Shown here one piece after another: positions 33,127 to 42,070 of a stretch of DNA of 64,000 nt. The stretch is from contig WHSP01000001.1 in assembly GCA_009380025.1 (NCBI GenBank), positions 28,860 to 92,859 of the forward strand, written 5' to 3'. This DNA is from Gemmatimonas sp. (GTDB lineage Bacteria > Gemmatimonadota > Gemmatimonadetes > Longimicrobiales > Longimicrobiaceae). The translations under genes and the position numbers were made by a program. How positions within the stretch are numbered: the first letter of the stretch is position 1; the number at the start of each line of letters is the position of its first letter. Under the pieces are notes generated by a model, which made no database searches, was not told where the DNA came from, and saw only the letters and a list, made by a program, of their open reading frames with translations.

Positions 33127-34083
33127 TCAGCCGCCTCCACCATCCGTCCTGACGTGGGAGGTAGTACCGGACAGGCGGGCGGCGGGTTCCTCTGGAGGCG
33201 GGGTCTTCCAGCGCTTGTGGAACCAGAAGTACTGGGTGGGATCCAGACGGATCTCCTCTTCGAGGTGCTGAGCAAGCTCGGTCGTCACCCTTTCGACGTC
33301 TTCTTCGAGCGAGCCCATGCGCCGTACATCCAACCGCCGACCGGTAAGGAAGTATCGGCCATCGGGAAGGCGGCGGGTGACGGCCGAGAACAGGGGGGCG
33401 CCCAGGCGTAGGGCAAAGATTGCGGGGCCACGATGGGTGCTCGCCGGGATGCCGAAGAAGGGAACCCAGACACCGGAATGGCGCGCATCCTGATCCGCGA
33501 CGATGCCGACGGTCTTTCCGGAGCGGAGCGCACGGGGAACCCGGGCTGCCGCCTCACCCATGTCCACCGTTTCGACTCCGAGGTCTCGTCGTGCCATCTC
33601 GATGCGCGCGTTCACGAGCGGGTTGGTCTGCCGCTTGACGATCGCCTCGATCGGCAGGCCTCTCGCCGCGACCGCGGCGGCGGCCATCTCCCAATTCCCG
33701 TAGTGGCCTGTGGCAAAGATCGCTCCGCGTCCCTCCGTCAGGGCATCGGTGACGGCCTGCCAGAGCACATCGTCGATCTCGACGGTGGCGTTGACGCCAT
33801 CGCGATCGAGGGTCGAGAACCGAATCATGGCAACCACCTCCCGGCCGAGGTGGCGGTAGGCCGCGCGCGTCGTGCGGTCGATCCAGACGTCTTCCGCCTC
33901 CGGGAATGCTCGCCTGAGGTTCTCCTCGACCACGGCGCGGCGGATGCCCAGCGGCGATCTCACCAATCGGCCGAGGAGCTCACCGGCCCGGGTCGCGGCG
34001 CGAGTCGAGAGGCCGCTCAACGTCCCCTCGACCGCTCGCGCGAGCGCGTACTCCACCCGATGCTGGACGCTTATGCGATCCAT
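33127..34083 (-). CDS. lysophospholipid / lipid A late acyltransferase (LpxL/HtrB family)
   Basis: GHYGNWEM (HX4-acidic acyltransferase motif), GIVADQD, and an overall LpxL-family layout. Confidence 0.8.
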   Translation of the reverse strand: MDRISVQHRVEYALARAVEGTLSGLSTRAATRAGELLGRLVRSPLGIRRAVVEENLRRAFPEAEDVWIDRTTRAAYRHLGREVVAMIRFSTLDRDGVNATVEIDDVLWQAVTDALTEGRGAIFATGHYGNWEMAAAAVAARGLPIEAIVKRQTNPLVNARIEMARRDLGVETVDMGEAAARVPRALRSGKTVGIVADQDARHSGVWVPFFGIPASTHRGPAIFALRLGAPLFSAVTRRLPDGRYFLTGRRLDVRRMGSLEEDVERVTTELAQHLEEEIRLDPTQYFWFHKRWKTPPPEEPAARLSGTTSHVRTDGGGG

Positions 34084-34117
34084 CGCAGCGAGGTCGATGG
34101 CCCGTCCCGTCGCATGC

Positions 34118-35143
34118 TCAAGCCTTCAAGAGAGCGGTGCGTAGGCGATCGACCACTTCATCTGGTTGGACCGCTCCCAGACACCCGATATGCGGGCACC
34201 GCGGGCACCGCAGGTCGCACCCTCCCGGGGGTGGCCGGTCGATGTAGAGCTGCGGAGCCGGCGCGGCTGCGTCCGTCCAGACGGGACCAATCTGCCAGCG
34301 GATAACGGTCAACGTGGGGATCCCAGCCGCTGCCGCGATGTGCTTGGCCCCACCGTCGTTTCCCGCCCACATCTCGCACCGCTCGAGCAACGCACCCAGT
34401 TCCTCGATCGTCGTCGGGCCGTATTCCCAGACGGGTCGAACACGCATCCGATCGGCGACCGCGCCAGCCTGGTCCCGTTCGCCGGGACCGTGTGTCAGCA
34501 GGATCCGCGCTCCCTCCGCCGCAACGCCATCGGCTGCGACTGCCCACTTCTCAGCCCCCCACTGTTTGAACGGCTCCCGGCTCGCAGGAGAAATCGCGAC
34601 GACCCGCTCGCCCTCGAGCCCTTGCTCCCGCCAGACCCGCTCGGACCGCTTGCGTGCCGCATCACCGATCGGCAGGTCCAATGACAAGTCGGTCACTTCG
34701 CGGACGGGGACGCCAAGAGCGCCCAGCATGTCCAGCTTGTGGCGGGCGGCGTAGGTGTGAAGGTCGAGCCGATCGACGAGGCGGGTATACGCAAGGTTGC
34801 GTGGCCCGCGGCCCCGAATGCCGACGCGGATCGACGCCCGGCTGGCGGCCGTCAGCTGAACGGTCGACCCCGTCGAACGAAAATCTACAACCGCATCGTA
34901 CTCTCCCCGGGCGACCCTGAGGATGAGCGCCATCCGCGAGGCCCATGACTTCTCGTCGACCAGCACCTCGTCGAGGTAGGGGTTCTTCCGCAGCACCTCG
35001 CCTCCGGCACGCTCCGTCGCGAAATCGATCCGCGCGTTCGGGAAGGCGCACCTCGCCTCGCGGATCGCAGGCGTGCAGAGGAGCACGTCGCCCATCCATC
35101 TGGGTTGGAGTAGGAGCAGGCGGTCGATTCTGGCAAGATCCAT
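34118..35143 (-). CDS. family 9 glycosyltransferase (LPS heptosyltransferase-like)
   Basis: LLLLQPRWMGDVLLCTPAIREAR N-terminal motif and a C-terminal GNDGGAKHIAAAAG block. ATG 35143 chosen over TTG 35167. Confidence 0.8.
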   Translation of the reverse strand: MDLARIDRLLLLQPRWMGDVLLCTPAIREARCAFPNARIDFATERAGGEVLRKNPYLDEVLVDEKSWASRMALILRVARGEYDAVVDFRSTGSTVQLTAASRASIRVGIRGRGPRNLAYTRLVDRLDLHTYAARHKLDMLGALGVPVREVTDLSLDLPIGDAARKRSERVWREQGLEGERVVAISPASREPFKQWGAEKWAVAADGVAAEGARILLTHGPGERDQAGAVADRMRVRPVWEYGPTTIEELGALLERCEMWAGNDGGAKHIAAAAGIPTLTVIRWQIGPVWTDAAAPAPQLYIDRPPPGGCDLRCPRCPHIGCLGAVQPDEVVDRLRTALLKA

Positions 35144-35156
35144 TTGGACCTCGGAC

Positions 35157-36284
35157 TCACCGCCCAAGGACTTCGCGAATCGAATCCCCGACGAAGCTCA
35201 TCTGGTCCTCCGTAAGCTCCGGGTACACCGGCAGAGAGAGAACCTCGTCGGCGGCGCGTTCGGCTACGGGGAAGTCGCCCTTCGCGTAGCCCAGGTAGCC
35301 GAAGCAATCCTGTAGGTGTAGCGGCACCGGATAGTAGACCGCAGATCCGACCCCTCTGTCGCGCAGGCCCTCACAACGCTCGTCGCGCCGACCGCCCCGC
35401 ACGCGGATCGTATACTGGTTGAAGATCGACGTGTTCTCGGCCGCGATGCGCGGGGTCACGATTCCCTCGATATCGGCCAGGCAGGCGTCGTAGAAGCGGG
35501 CGTTGAGTCGGCGCGCCTCGCTCCATGACTCCAGGTAGGGCAGCTTCACGGAGAGCACGGCCGCCTGCAGTGCATCGAGTCGCGAGTTGTAGCCTACCTC
35601 TTCGTGGTGATACATCTGCCGCCCCCCATGGACGCGCAGACGGTAGAGTCTGTCGGCGACGTCTTTCGAGTTCGTCACCACCATCCCCCCGTCGCCGAAG
35701 CCGCCCAGGTTCTTCGATGGAAAGAAGGAGAAGCCACACGCATCCCCGAGCGTGCCGGCCGTGATTTCCCGTCCGTTCGGGAGGCGTTGCCGAGCGCCGA
35801 TCGCCTGGGCCCCGTCTTCGAGGAGAGCGACACCATGCTCATCGGCGAGTGCGCGAAAGCCGTGCATCGGGGCCATCTGACCAAAGAGGTGGACCGGCAG
35901 GAGCACGCGAGTCCGGTCGGTGACCCGGTCGGCCACGTCGGTCGGGTCGAGGTTGAAGGTCGTCGGATCGATGTCGGCGAAGACCGGGCGCGCCCCGACG
36001 TTGTGGATCGCCCCCGCACTGGCGAAGAAGGTGAACGGCGAGGTGATTACCTCATCCCCCGGCTCGATGTCCAGCGCGCGGAGGGAGAGGATGAGCGCAT
36101 CGGTGCCGCTAGCGCAGCCGATCGCATGGTCCGCCGCGAGGTGCTCCCGGACCGCCTTTTCGAAACCGTCGACCTCCGGCCCCAGGATGAAGCGCTGTGA
36201 CTCGACCACTCGCGTGATCGCTTCGTTCAAGGGGCCCGCCAGCGCCGAGTACTGGGCCGACAGGTCGAGAAGTGGGACTTTCAT
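35157..36284 (-). CDS. DegT/DnrJ/EryC1/StrS family sugar aminotransferase
   Basis: MKVPLLDL...FILGPEVDGFE, GTDALILSLRAL, and the PLP-lysine block SFFPSKNLGGFGDGG. Confidence 0.88.
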   Translation of the reverse strand: MKVPLLDLSAQYSALAGPLNEAITRVVESQRFILGPEVDGFEKAVREHLAADHAIGCASGTDALILSLRALDIEPGDEVITSPFTFFASAGAIHNVGARPVFADIDPTTFNLDPTDVADRVTDRTRVLLPVHLFGQMAPMHGFRALADEHGVALLEDGAQAIGARQRLPNGREITAGTLGDACGFSFFPSKNLGGFGDGGMVVTNSKDVADRLYRLRVHGGRQMYHHEEVGYNSRLDALQAAVLSVKLPYLESWSEARRLNARFYDACLADIEGIVTPRIAAENTSIFNQYTIRVRGGRRDERCEGLRDRGVGSAVYYPVPLHLQDCFGYLGYAKGDFPVAERAADEVLSLPVYPELTEDQMSFVGDSIREVLGR

Positions 36285-36357
36285 TCTTGATTTGTGCGTG
36301 ATGCCTGAACTATGACTACTTCCTCCTCTGGGCCGCATTTCCGGCTAGAAGTACCCG

Positions 36358-38196
36358 TCATTCGGGGCCCGCGGAAGCGGCGACTGGCTCAGCGAACTGC
36401 ATCTGATAGAGCCGCTGGTAGGTACCTTCCTGTTCGAGGAGCGCTTCGTGACTGCCTCGTTCGACGATCTGCCCGCCCTCTAGCACCACGATCTCGTCCG
36501 CCCGGCGGATCGTGGAAAGGCGGTGCGCGATGACGAGAACGGTTCGCTGATGCATCAGCTCCTCAATCGCCCGCTGCACCAGCTGCTCGCTCTCGGTGTC
36601 GAGAGCGCTCGTCGCCTCGTCGAGGATGAGGATCGGGGGATTCCGAAAGAGCGCCCGCGCAATCGCCAGACGTTGGCGCTGCCCACCGGATAGCCGCACC
36701 CCTCGTTCCCCGATGACGGTGTCGTACCCTTCGCGGAAGTCGATGATGAAGTCGTGGGCGTGCGCAGCGCGCGAGGCGGACTCGACCTCGTGCTGCGTCG
36801 CGTCGTCACGACCGTAAGCGATGTTGGCGCGGATCGTATCGTGGAAGAGGATGGTGTCCTGCGTGACGATCCCCATCAGCTGCCTCAGGTCGGCCAGTCG
36901 GAGATTGCGCAGGTCCTGACTGTCGAGGATGATTCGACCTTCGCTGGGGTCGTGGAACCGTGGCAGCAGGTCGGCCAGGGTGCTCTTCCCTGCACCGCTC
37001 GGCCCCACCAGCGCTACGACCCGGCCCGCGGGTATCTCCAGGTCGATTCCAGTGAGCACGGACTCGCCAGGGTGGTACGCGAAGCCGACGCCCTCGAAGC
37101 GAACGGCGTCACGGAAGCTCGAAATCGGCCGGGCATCGGCTCGATTCACGACTTCGGGCCGGGTGTCGAGGATCTCGAACACCCGCTCGCCCGCCGCAAG
37201 CCCGGGCTGCACCAGCGACGGGAACTGCCCGAGGAACTTCGCTGGGGCCATCAGCTTCATGGCGTACCCGAGGGCGACGATGAAGGAGGCGGCCGCCATA
37301 GAGCCTTCCTCGAGCACCAGATAGCTTCCGTACCAGAGGAGTCCCAGGATCGCGACCGCGATCACCATCTCCGTCGCTGGTGGGAAGAACTGGCGCCACC
37401 TCTCGTTCCTGATCAGCGCCTTGTAGTGCCCCTGGGTCAGGGCTCGGAAGCGGCGGTTCTCCCACGGCTCGGCTCCCGATGCCTTCACCAGCCGAATCCC
37501 CGAGACAGTCTCCTGGAGCTGGGATGACACGTCACCTACCGCGTCGAGAACGCGTAACACCCCCAGGCGAAGTCGCTGCCGGAAGCGGGCCCAGAGCCCG
37601 ACCATGGGTGGCAGGAAGAGCGCCGCGATCAGAGTGAGCTTCCAGGACAGGAGGAGAAGCATAGCGAGGAGGACGACCACCTGGATCGCCGAGGAGGCCG
37701 CCTTCGCAAGGTTCGCCGTGACGAGCGCGCGGATCTGATCGACATCTATGGTCAGCCGGCTGATGATCTGCCCCGCACGCGTCCGCTGGAAGAAGGGGAA
37801 CCCGAGGTAGAGGAGATGGCCGTAGACGTGGTTGCGCATGTCGCGCGTCACGAGGCCCTCTAGCATCGCGATCGTGTACTGCTGGACGTAGAGGGCGACG
37901 TTCTTTGCGAGGAAGACCACGAAGAGGAAGAGGACGACGTTGCGGAGCGAATCCATCGGCTCCGCGCTCTCCATCAGCCAACCGACGGACCAATCGAGCA
38001 AGTCCCCGATCAAACCTCCCCCGGCTATCGCGCCTGCCGACCCGCTGCCCCCTTCGAAGAGAACGTCGAGGAAGGGGATGATCAGGGCGAAGCTGTAGGC
38101 ATCCAGGGCGGCAAAGACGATCATCGCCACGATCGAGATGCCGAAGAGACCCGAATGTGGCAGCAAGTACCCCAGGATCCGGCGGTACAGCGTCAT
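36358..38196 (-). CDS. msbA: ABC transporter permease/ATPase, lipid A exporter-like
   Basis: Six-TM exporter domain plus Walker A GPSGAGKST, signature LSGGQRQRLAIARA and Walker B ILILDEATSALD. Located in the LPS-core cluster. Confidence 0.8.
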   Translation of the reverse strand: MTLYRRILGYLLPHSGLFGISIVAMIVFAALDAYSFALIIPFLDVLFEGGSGSAGAIAGGGLIGDLLDWSVGWLMESAEPMDSLRNVVLFLFVVFLAKNVALYVQQYTIAMLEGLVTRDMRNHVYGHLLYLGFPFFQRTRAGQIISRLTIDVDQIRALVTANLAKAASSAIQVVVLLAMLLLLSWKLTLIAALFLPPMVGLWARFRQRLRLGVLRVLDAVGDVSSQLQETVSGIRLVKASGAEPWENRRFRALTQGHYKALIRNERWRQFFPPATEMVIAVAILGLLWYGSYLVLEEGSMAAASFIVALGYAMKLMAPAKFLGQFPSLVQPGLAAGERVFEILDTRPEVVNRADARPISSFRDAVRFEGVGFAYHPGESVLTGIDLEIPAGRVVALVGPSGAGKSTLADLLPRFHDPSEGRIILDSQDLRNLRLADLRQLMGIVTQDTILFHDTIRANIAYGRDDATQHEVESASRAAHAHDFIIDFREGYDTVIGERGVRLSGGQRQRLAIARALFRNPPILILDEATSALDTESEQLVQRAIEELMHQRTVLVIAHRLSTIRRADEIVVLEGGQIVERGSHEALLEQEGTYQRLYQMQFAEPVAASAGPE

Positions 38197-39752
38197 CGCG
38201 GTGTGAGCAGGGCGACGGGCAGGATCATCTCCTCCGGGCTGACGCCCCCGTGGAGGAAGCTACCGCGGTACCGAGCCTGATACTGCCGGAGCTTCGTTGG
38301 GTAGACGAAAAATGTGTCTTCCAGACCGAGCACGTAGTTGATGGAACTGCGACCCGGTGGGAACCGAAGGACACGCTCGTCGTTGACCGTGAAGACAAGC
38401 GTCGGATCCTCCGCACGCAACCCATCCCCGAACTTGTAGCGAAGGTTCTGCGTAGCGTCCTTCTTGGCGAAAACAGTGACGGGCCGATGACAGTGGATCG
38501 AGCCGTGATCCGTCGTCATCAGGATGGAGACCCCGGATCGCATGGCCTCACGAATCGCCGCGAGCGCCTCGGATCGTTCGAACCACTGCCGCGACAGCTC
38601 TCGAAGCGCCTCCTTGTCCCGCGCGACCTCGAGCAGTACGGCGGACTCGGACCGGCCGTGCGTCAGCATGTCGACGAAGTTGAAAACGAGGGCCGTGACA
38701 CCGGGCTGCGAGAAGTATCCGGGTAGGCGACGGAGCACCTGCTCTCCATCGGAGGCGCTGAACACCTTCTCGTAGTGTACCGGTAGCTTCTCGCCGATGA
38801 GCTGCCGGATCTGGCGGAGGAAGAGCTCGTCTTCGAACGCGTTCAGGCTGCCTTCGGTCTCGCGGCTCCACCAATCGGGGTAGAGCTCGGCGATCCCGTC
38901 GGGGTACATGCCCGAGAAGATCGCGTTGCGGGAGTACGGCGTCGCGGTTGGCAGAATCGAGTAGTATAGGGCTTCCTCGACCTCGGAGATTGCGCCGACG
39001 AGGGGCAGCAGCGTCCGCCATTGGTCCAGCCGCAAACAGTCGATCACGAGGAAGAGGACGTGCCGTTCCTCGTTGAGCAGCGGAAGCAGGAACTGAGGGA
39101 CGAGGTCGATCGACAGCGGGGGGCGATCGTGGCGATCGTTCACCCAGTCACCGTAGTTGGCCATCACGAAGTGGCCAAACTCCCGCCGGAACTGGTCGAG
39201 CAGCGTCTCGAGCGAGGCGACGAGGCCGATCTCACCGGCCCTGCGGAGGCGGAGCTCCCAATCGACCAGCTCGGAGTACGTTTCGGCCCAGTCGCGCCAG
39301 TCGCGATCCGCGCTGAAACCAGCGTTCAGCTCCCGGAATCGGATCGTGAACTCCCGGGCGACGTGCTGCTGTTGAATGCTCTTGCCTTCGAGCAGCCGCG
39401 TCACAACCGAGAGCACCTGCCGAGGGGAGGTGGGCTTCACGAGATAGTCCGCGACACGGCGGCCGATCGCCTCGGTCATCGTTCGGTCCTCCTCGCTCTT
39501 CGTCACCATTACCACAGGTACGAGGGGGTCGAGGCGGCGAACTTCGTCGAACACCTCCATTCCCGTTCGCCCCGGCATCTGTTCGTCGAGTAGGACGAGG
39601 TCGTAGGGCTGGAGCCGGAGCATCTCGATCGCGTCGTCGCCATTGGCGACGGCATCGATATGATAGCCGCGCCCCTGCACGAAGAGCAGGTGCGGCCGGA
39701 GGAGGTCGATCTCGTCGTCGACCCACAGCAAGCGTTTCTGTGGCGCGGACAT
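38193..39752 (-). CDS. PorX-like response regulator: CheY receiver fused to a PglZ/alkaline-phosphatase-superfamily domain
   Basis: LLWVDDEIDLLRPHLLFVQGRGY...LVLLDEQMPG...ADYLVKP (receiver), then FLVIDCLRLDQWR and YYSILPTATPYSRNAIFSGMYP (PglZ core), matching my recollection of P. gingivalis PorX. Its stop overlaps the msbA ATG as ATGA. Confidence 0.8.
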   Translation of the reverse strand: MSAPQKRLLWVDDEIDLLRPHLLFVQGRGYHIDAVANGDDAIEMLRLQPYDLVLLDEQMPGRTGMEVFDEVRRLDPLVPVVMVTKSEEDRTMTEAIGRRVADYLVKPTSPRQVLSVVTRLLEGKSIQQQHVAREFTIRFRELNAGFSADRDWRDWAETYSELVDWELRLRRAGEIGLVASLETLLDQFRREFGHFVMANYGDWVNDRHDRPPLSIDLVPQFLLPLLNEERHVLFLVIDCLRLDQWRTLLPLVGAISEVEEALYYSILPTATPYSRNAIFSGMYPDGIAELYPDWWSRETEGSLNAFEDELFLRQIRQLIGEKLPVHYEKVFSASDGEQVLRRLPGYFSQPGVTALVFNFVDMLTHGRSESAVLLEVARDKEALRELSRQWFERSEALAAIREAMRSGVSILMTTDHGSIHCHRPVTVFAKKDATQNLRYKFGDGLRAEDPTLVFTVNDERVLRFPPGRSSINYVLGLEDTFFVYPTKLRQYQARYRGSFLHGGVSPEEMILPVALLTPR

Positions 39753-39809
39753 AGACGCCAAATCTAGATCCGCTTACAGTCGGAGTAAAGCGGGAACGAC
39801 GACAGCAGT

Positions 39810-39957
39810 CTCACGCGAAGCCGCGAAGAACGCGAAGGCAGGGGCCTCCGCTGTGGGCCATCGAGGGAGTTTCCTTTGACGGCCTGTCCTGTCTTTCTGT
39901 CTCGATTTGGATTCCGGACGACGGGTTGGCCGGTATGAATTCGCGGCTTCGCGTGAG
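39810..39957. repeat. 148-nt element bounded by perfect 18-nt inverted repeats (CTCACGCGAAGCCGCGAA)
   Basis: 39810-39827 is the exact reverse complement of 39940-39957, with a 112-nt interior. It fills most of the gap between the second GT9 gene (39965..41023) and the porX-like gene. Confidence 0.75.
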
Positions 39958-39964
39958 GGCTTGT

Positions 39965-41023
39965 CTATCGAAGGCCTTCCAGGGCCTCTCGAACCTTGGC
40001 CACTACCTGCCCCACGCCGATCCGCTCCATTCGCCCTTCCCGATAGCCCGCGGTGGCCTCGTACGCCTCGCCCGGATCCCCGAACGCATCGACCATCAGC
40101 TCGCGGAAGCGATAAGGTCCGACCCGCTTGGGGTTCGTGTATCCGATCAGCGCGACGCTCGGAGTGCCGAGCGCCACACCAATGTGGAGCGGTCCAGTAT
40201 CTGGACTCACCAGGACGTCTGCCCTGTCGATGAGGTAGGTGAGCCGGCGAAGGTCCCACGCGCCCAGGTCCGGAGGGCGTGAACGAGCCAGGCGCTGAAT
40301 GGTCGCGACCGCTGCGAGCTCGGCTCCCGAGCGACCGCCCACGAGGATCGAGCGAGCGCCGAGCTCGCCCTCGAGCCGGTCGGCGAGCTCGGCGAAGCGT
40401 TCGGCCGGCCAATCCTTGCTCGCAAGAGTCGACGCCGTCGCCAGCGCAACCGTAGGCCGATCGGACGGTGGGAGAAGCGCCGAATATCGTTCCCGTTCGT
40501 CGTCCGTAGGTTCGATGCCCCACTCGAGACGGCGGGGGATCTCCAGGTAGTCGACGAACTCGAGCACCTCGTCCTGCATGTGTCCGCGCGGGCGGGCGGG
40601 GATTCGCTCGGTGGTGAAGAGCCAGTTCAGCTCGGGAGCACGAGCGCGATCGAAGCCGATCTTCCGGGGGGATCGAAGCAGCGCGGTGACCAGGCCGGCC
40701 TTGAGCGATGTGTGCGGGGCGAGGAGAACATAGAATTCTCGCCCACGCATCTCCCTCCGCAGCCGCTCGAGGCTGCGCAGCAGCGGTCGCCGCTCGAAGA
40801 GAACGAACTCGTCCACTCCGGAATGGTGTTGGACGAGCTCCCAGGGCGTCGGTTGGATGAACCAGGTGACGTGCGCGCCGGGAACGGCGGCGCGGATCGA
40901 GCTCACGAGCGGAAGCACGTGAATTACATCGCCGATCGCGCTGAGCCGGACGATCGCGATTCGCTTCCCGGCCAGTTCCGCTCTCACCTGCTCCGTTGAT
41001 TCGCTGCCGATGGCTAGGTGCAT
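39965..41023 (-). CDS. family 9 glycosyltransferase (heptosyltransferase-like)
   Basis: IAIVRLSAIGDVIHVLPLVSSIR N-terminal motif and a C-terminal SPDTGPLHIGVALG block. Confidence 0.8.
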   Translation of the reverse strand: MHLAIGSESTEQVRAELAGKRIAIVRLSAIGDVIHVLPLVSSIRAAVPGAHVTWFIQPTPWELVQHHSGVDEFVLFERRPLLRSLERLRREMRGREFYVLLAPHTSLKAGLVTALLRSPRKIGFDRARAPELNWLFTTERIPARPRGHMQDEVLEFVDYLEIPRRLEWGIEPTDDERERYSALLPPSDRPTVALATASTLASKDWPAERFAELADRLEGELGARSILVGGRSGAELAAVATIQRLARSRPPDLGAWDLRRLTYLIDRADVLVSPDTGPLHIGVALGTPSVALIGYTNPKRVGPYRFRELMVDAFGDPGEAYEATAGYREGRMERIGVGQVVAKVREALEGLR

Positions 41024-41043
41024 TGATCCGTTCTTGCCCCTTC

Positions 41044-41141
41044 GTCATTCCCGAGCACACGGGAATCCAGGGGGAATCCAGGGCGCGGCAGCTGACGGAG
41101 CGACTGGATCCTGACTGGATCCCCGCCTTCGTGGGGATGAC
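41044..41141. repeat. two inverted copies of a stem-loop repeat (GTCATyCCC...GGGrATCCAG type)
   Basis: GTCATTCCCGAGCACACGGGAATCCAGGGGGAATCCAGGG (41044-41083), and the reverse-complement-like CTGGATCCTGACTGGATCCCCGCCTTCGTGGGGATGAC (41104-41141). Confidence 0.7.
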
Positions 41142-41155
41142 AAAAAGGAACCCCT

Positions 41156-41953
41156 CTACAGAATGATCTGGAACGGATACCACACCGGCACGACCTGGCC
41201 CTCACGGGTCGCCGGATCGAAGACCCATTCGGCGACGCTCTGGATCAGCCGTTGGTTGTAGCGGGAATCGGAGGTGGGTGGCTCGAGGCGAACCGTGTTT
41301 CGATCGACACGCCCGGATTCCTGGACGAAAACCCAGACGGTGATCTCCTGACCATCAGCGCTTCCCGGACGCCCGGCCGGCGGAATGAAAATAGCCCGCG
41401 GGCGCGGTGGGATGATCTGGGAAGCCCCTGCGTCACCCGTGCCGCCACCGCCATCGCCCGTACCGGTATCGGTTCCCGGACCGGTGGCCGGCCCGTCCTG
41501 CAAACCCGTGCCAAGCAACCCCGTTCCCGGGAGGGAGGGGGGCTCCTCCACCGGATCCAGCTCCAGCTCCGTCACCGCAACCTCGATCTGCTCGGGCTCG
41601 ATGACGACTTCCTCGGGAACCGGCTCGGGCACAGGCGTCGGAACCTCCTCGGCCTCGGGCTGCGCCTGCTCCAAGCGCACTTCCACCATCGTCAGACCCG
41701 ACCCGCCACCGGCCGCGGCGCGGAGATCCCCGGCCGCCGGCCCTGCCGCCGAAGATGTCGCAGTGGGAGCAATCGTCGTCTGCCGAAACAGCAACAGAAC
41801 CAGCAGATGGATCAAGACGGTTCCGATCACGCCGATCGACCTCGCCCGCTGCCACCGCTCAGTCTCGCGGGCACGAGAGGCGGCCAGACGCTCTGCGTCT
41901 CCCCTTTCGTAGAGCCTCGCTGGATCGAGGGATAGGATTCTGCGGGTGCTCAC
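41156..41953 (-). CDS. energy transducer TonB-family protein
   Basis: N-terminal TM anchor, Pro/Glu-rich spacer (EEVPTPVPEPVPEE) and a C-terminal TonB-like domain (VWVFVQESGRV...LIQSVAEWVFDPATREGQVV). Confidence 0.7.
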   Translation of the reverse strand: MSTRRILSLDPARLYERGDAERLAASRARETERWQRARSIGVIGTVLIHLLVLLLFRQTTIAPTATSSAAGPAAGDLRAAAGGGSGLTMVEVRLEQAQPEAEEVPTPVPEPVPEEVVIEPEQIEVAVTELELDPVEEPPSLPGTGLLGTGLQDGPATGPGTDTGTGDGGGGTGDAGASQIIPPRPRAIFIPPAGRPGSADGQEITVWVFVQESGRVDRNTVRLEPPTSDSRYNQRLIQSVAEWVFDPATREGQVVPVWYPFQIIL

Positions 41954-42070
41954 GGCGATGCTTCGTTCTGGCTCGGGAAGCCCTCGTTTTCCGGTTCATA
42001 GTAGCAGGCCGCCAAGCGAAAGTTCCCCGTTTTCGCACTGGCGGCGACGTCGTGAATCCGGTGAGGGCAA

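Noticed and set aside
38193-39752. PglZ domain as a sign of a BREX/Pgl phage-defence system
   Set aside because: There is no brxA/B/C/L, pglX methyltransferase or pglW nearby. The PglZ domain is fused to a CheY receiver exactly as in PorX, and the neighbours are LPS genes.
39774-41183. 469-aa minus-strand ORF spanning the GT9 gene and both flanking intergenic repeats
   Set aside because: Its Arg/Pro/Gly/Ser-rich composition is typical of off-frame reading in GC-rich DNA. It overlaps the well-supported GT9 frame (39965..41023), and its only word-like parts (VIPTKAGIQ) come from translating repeats.
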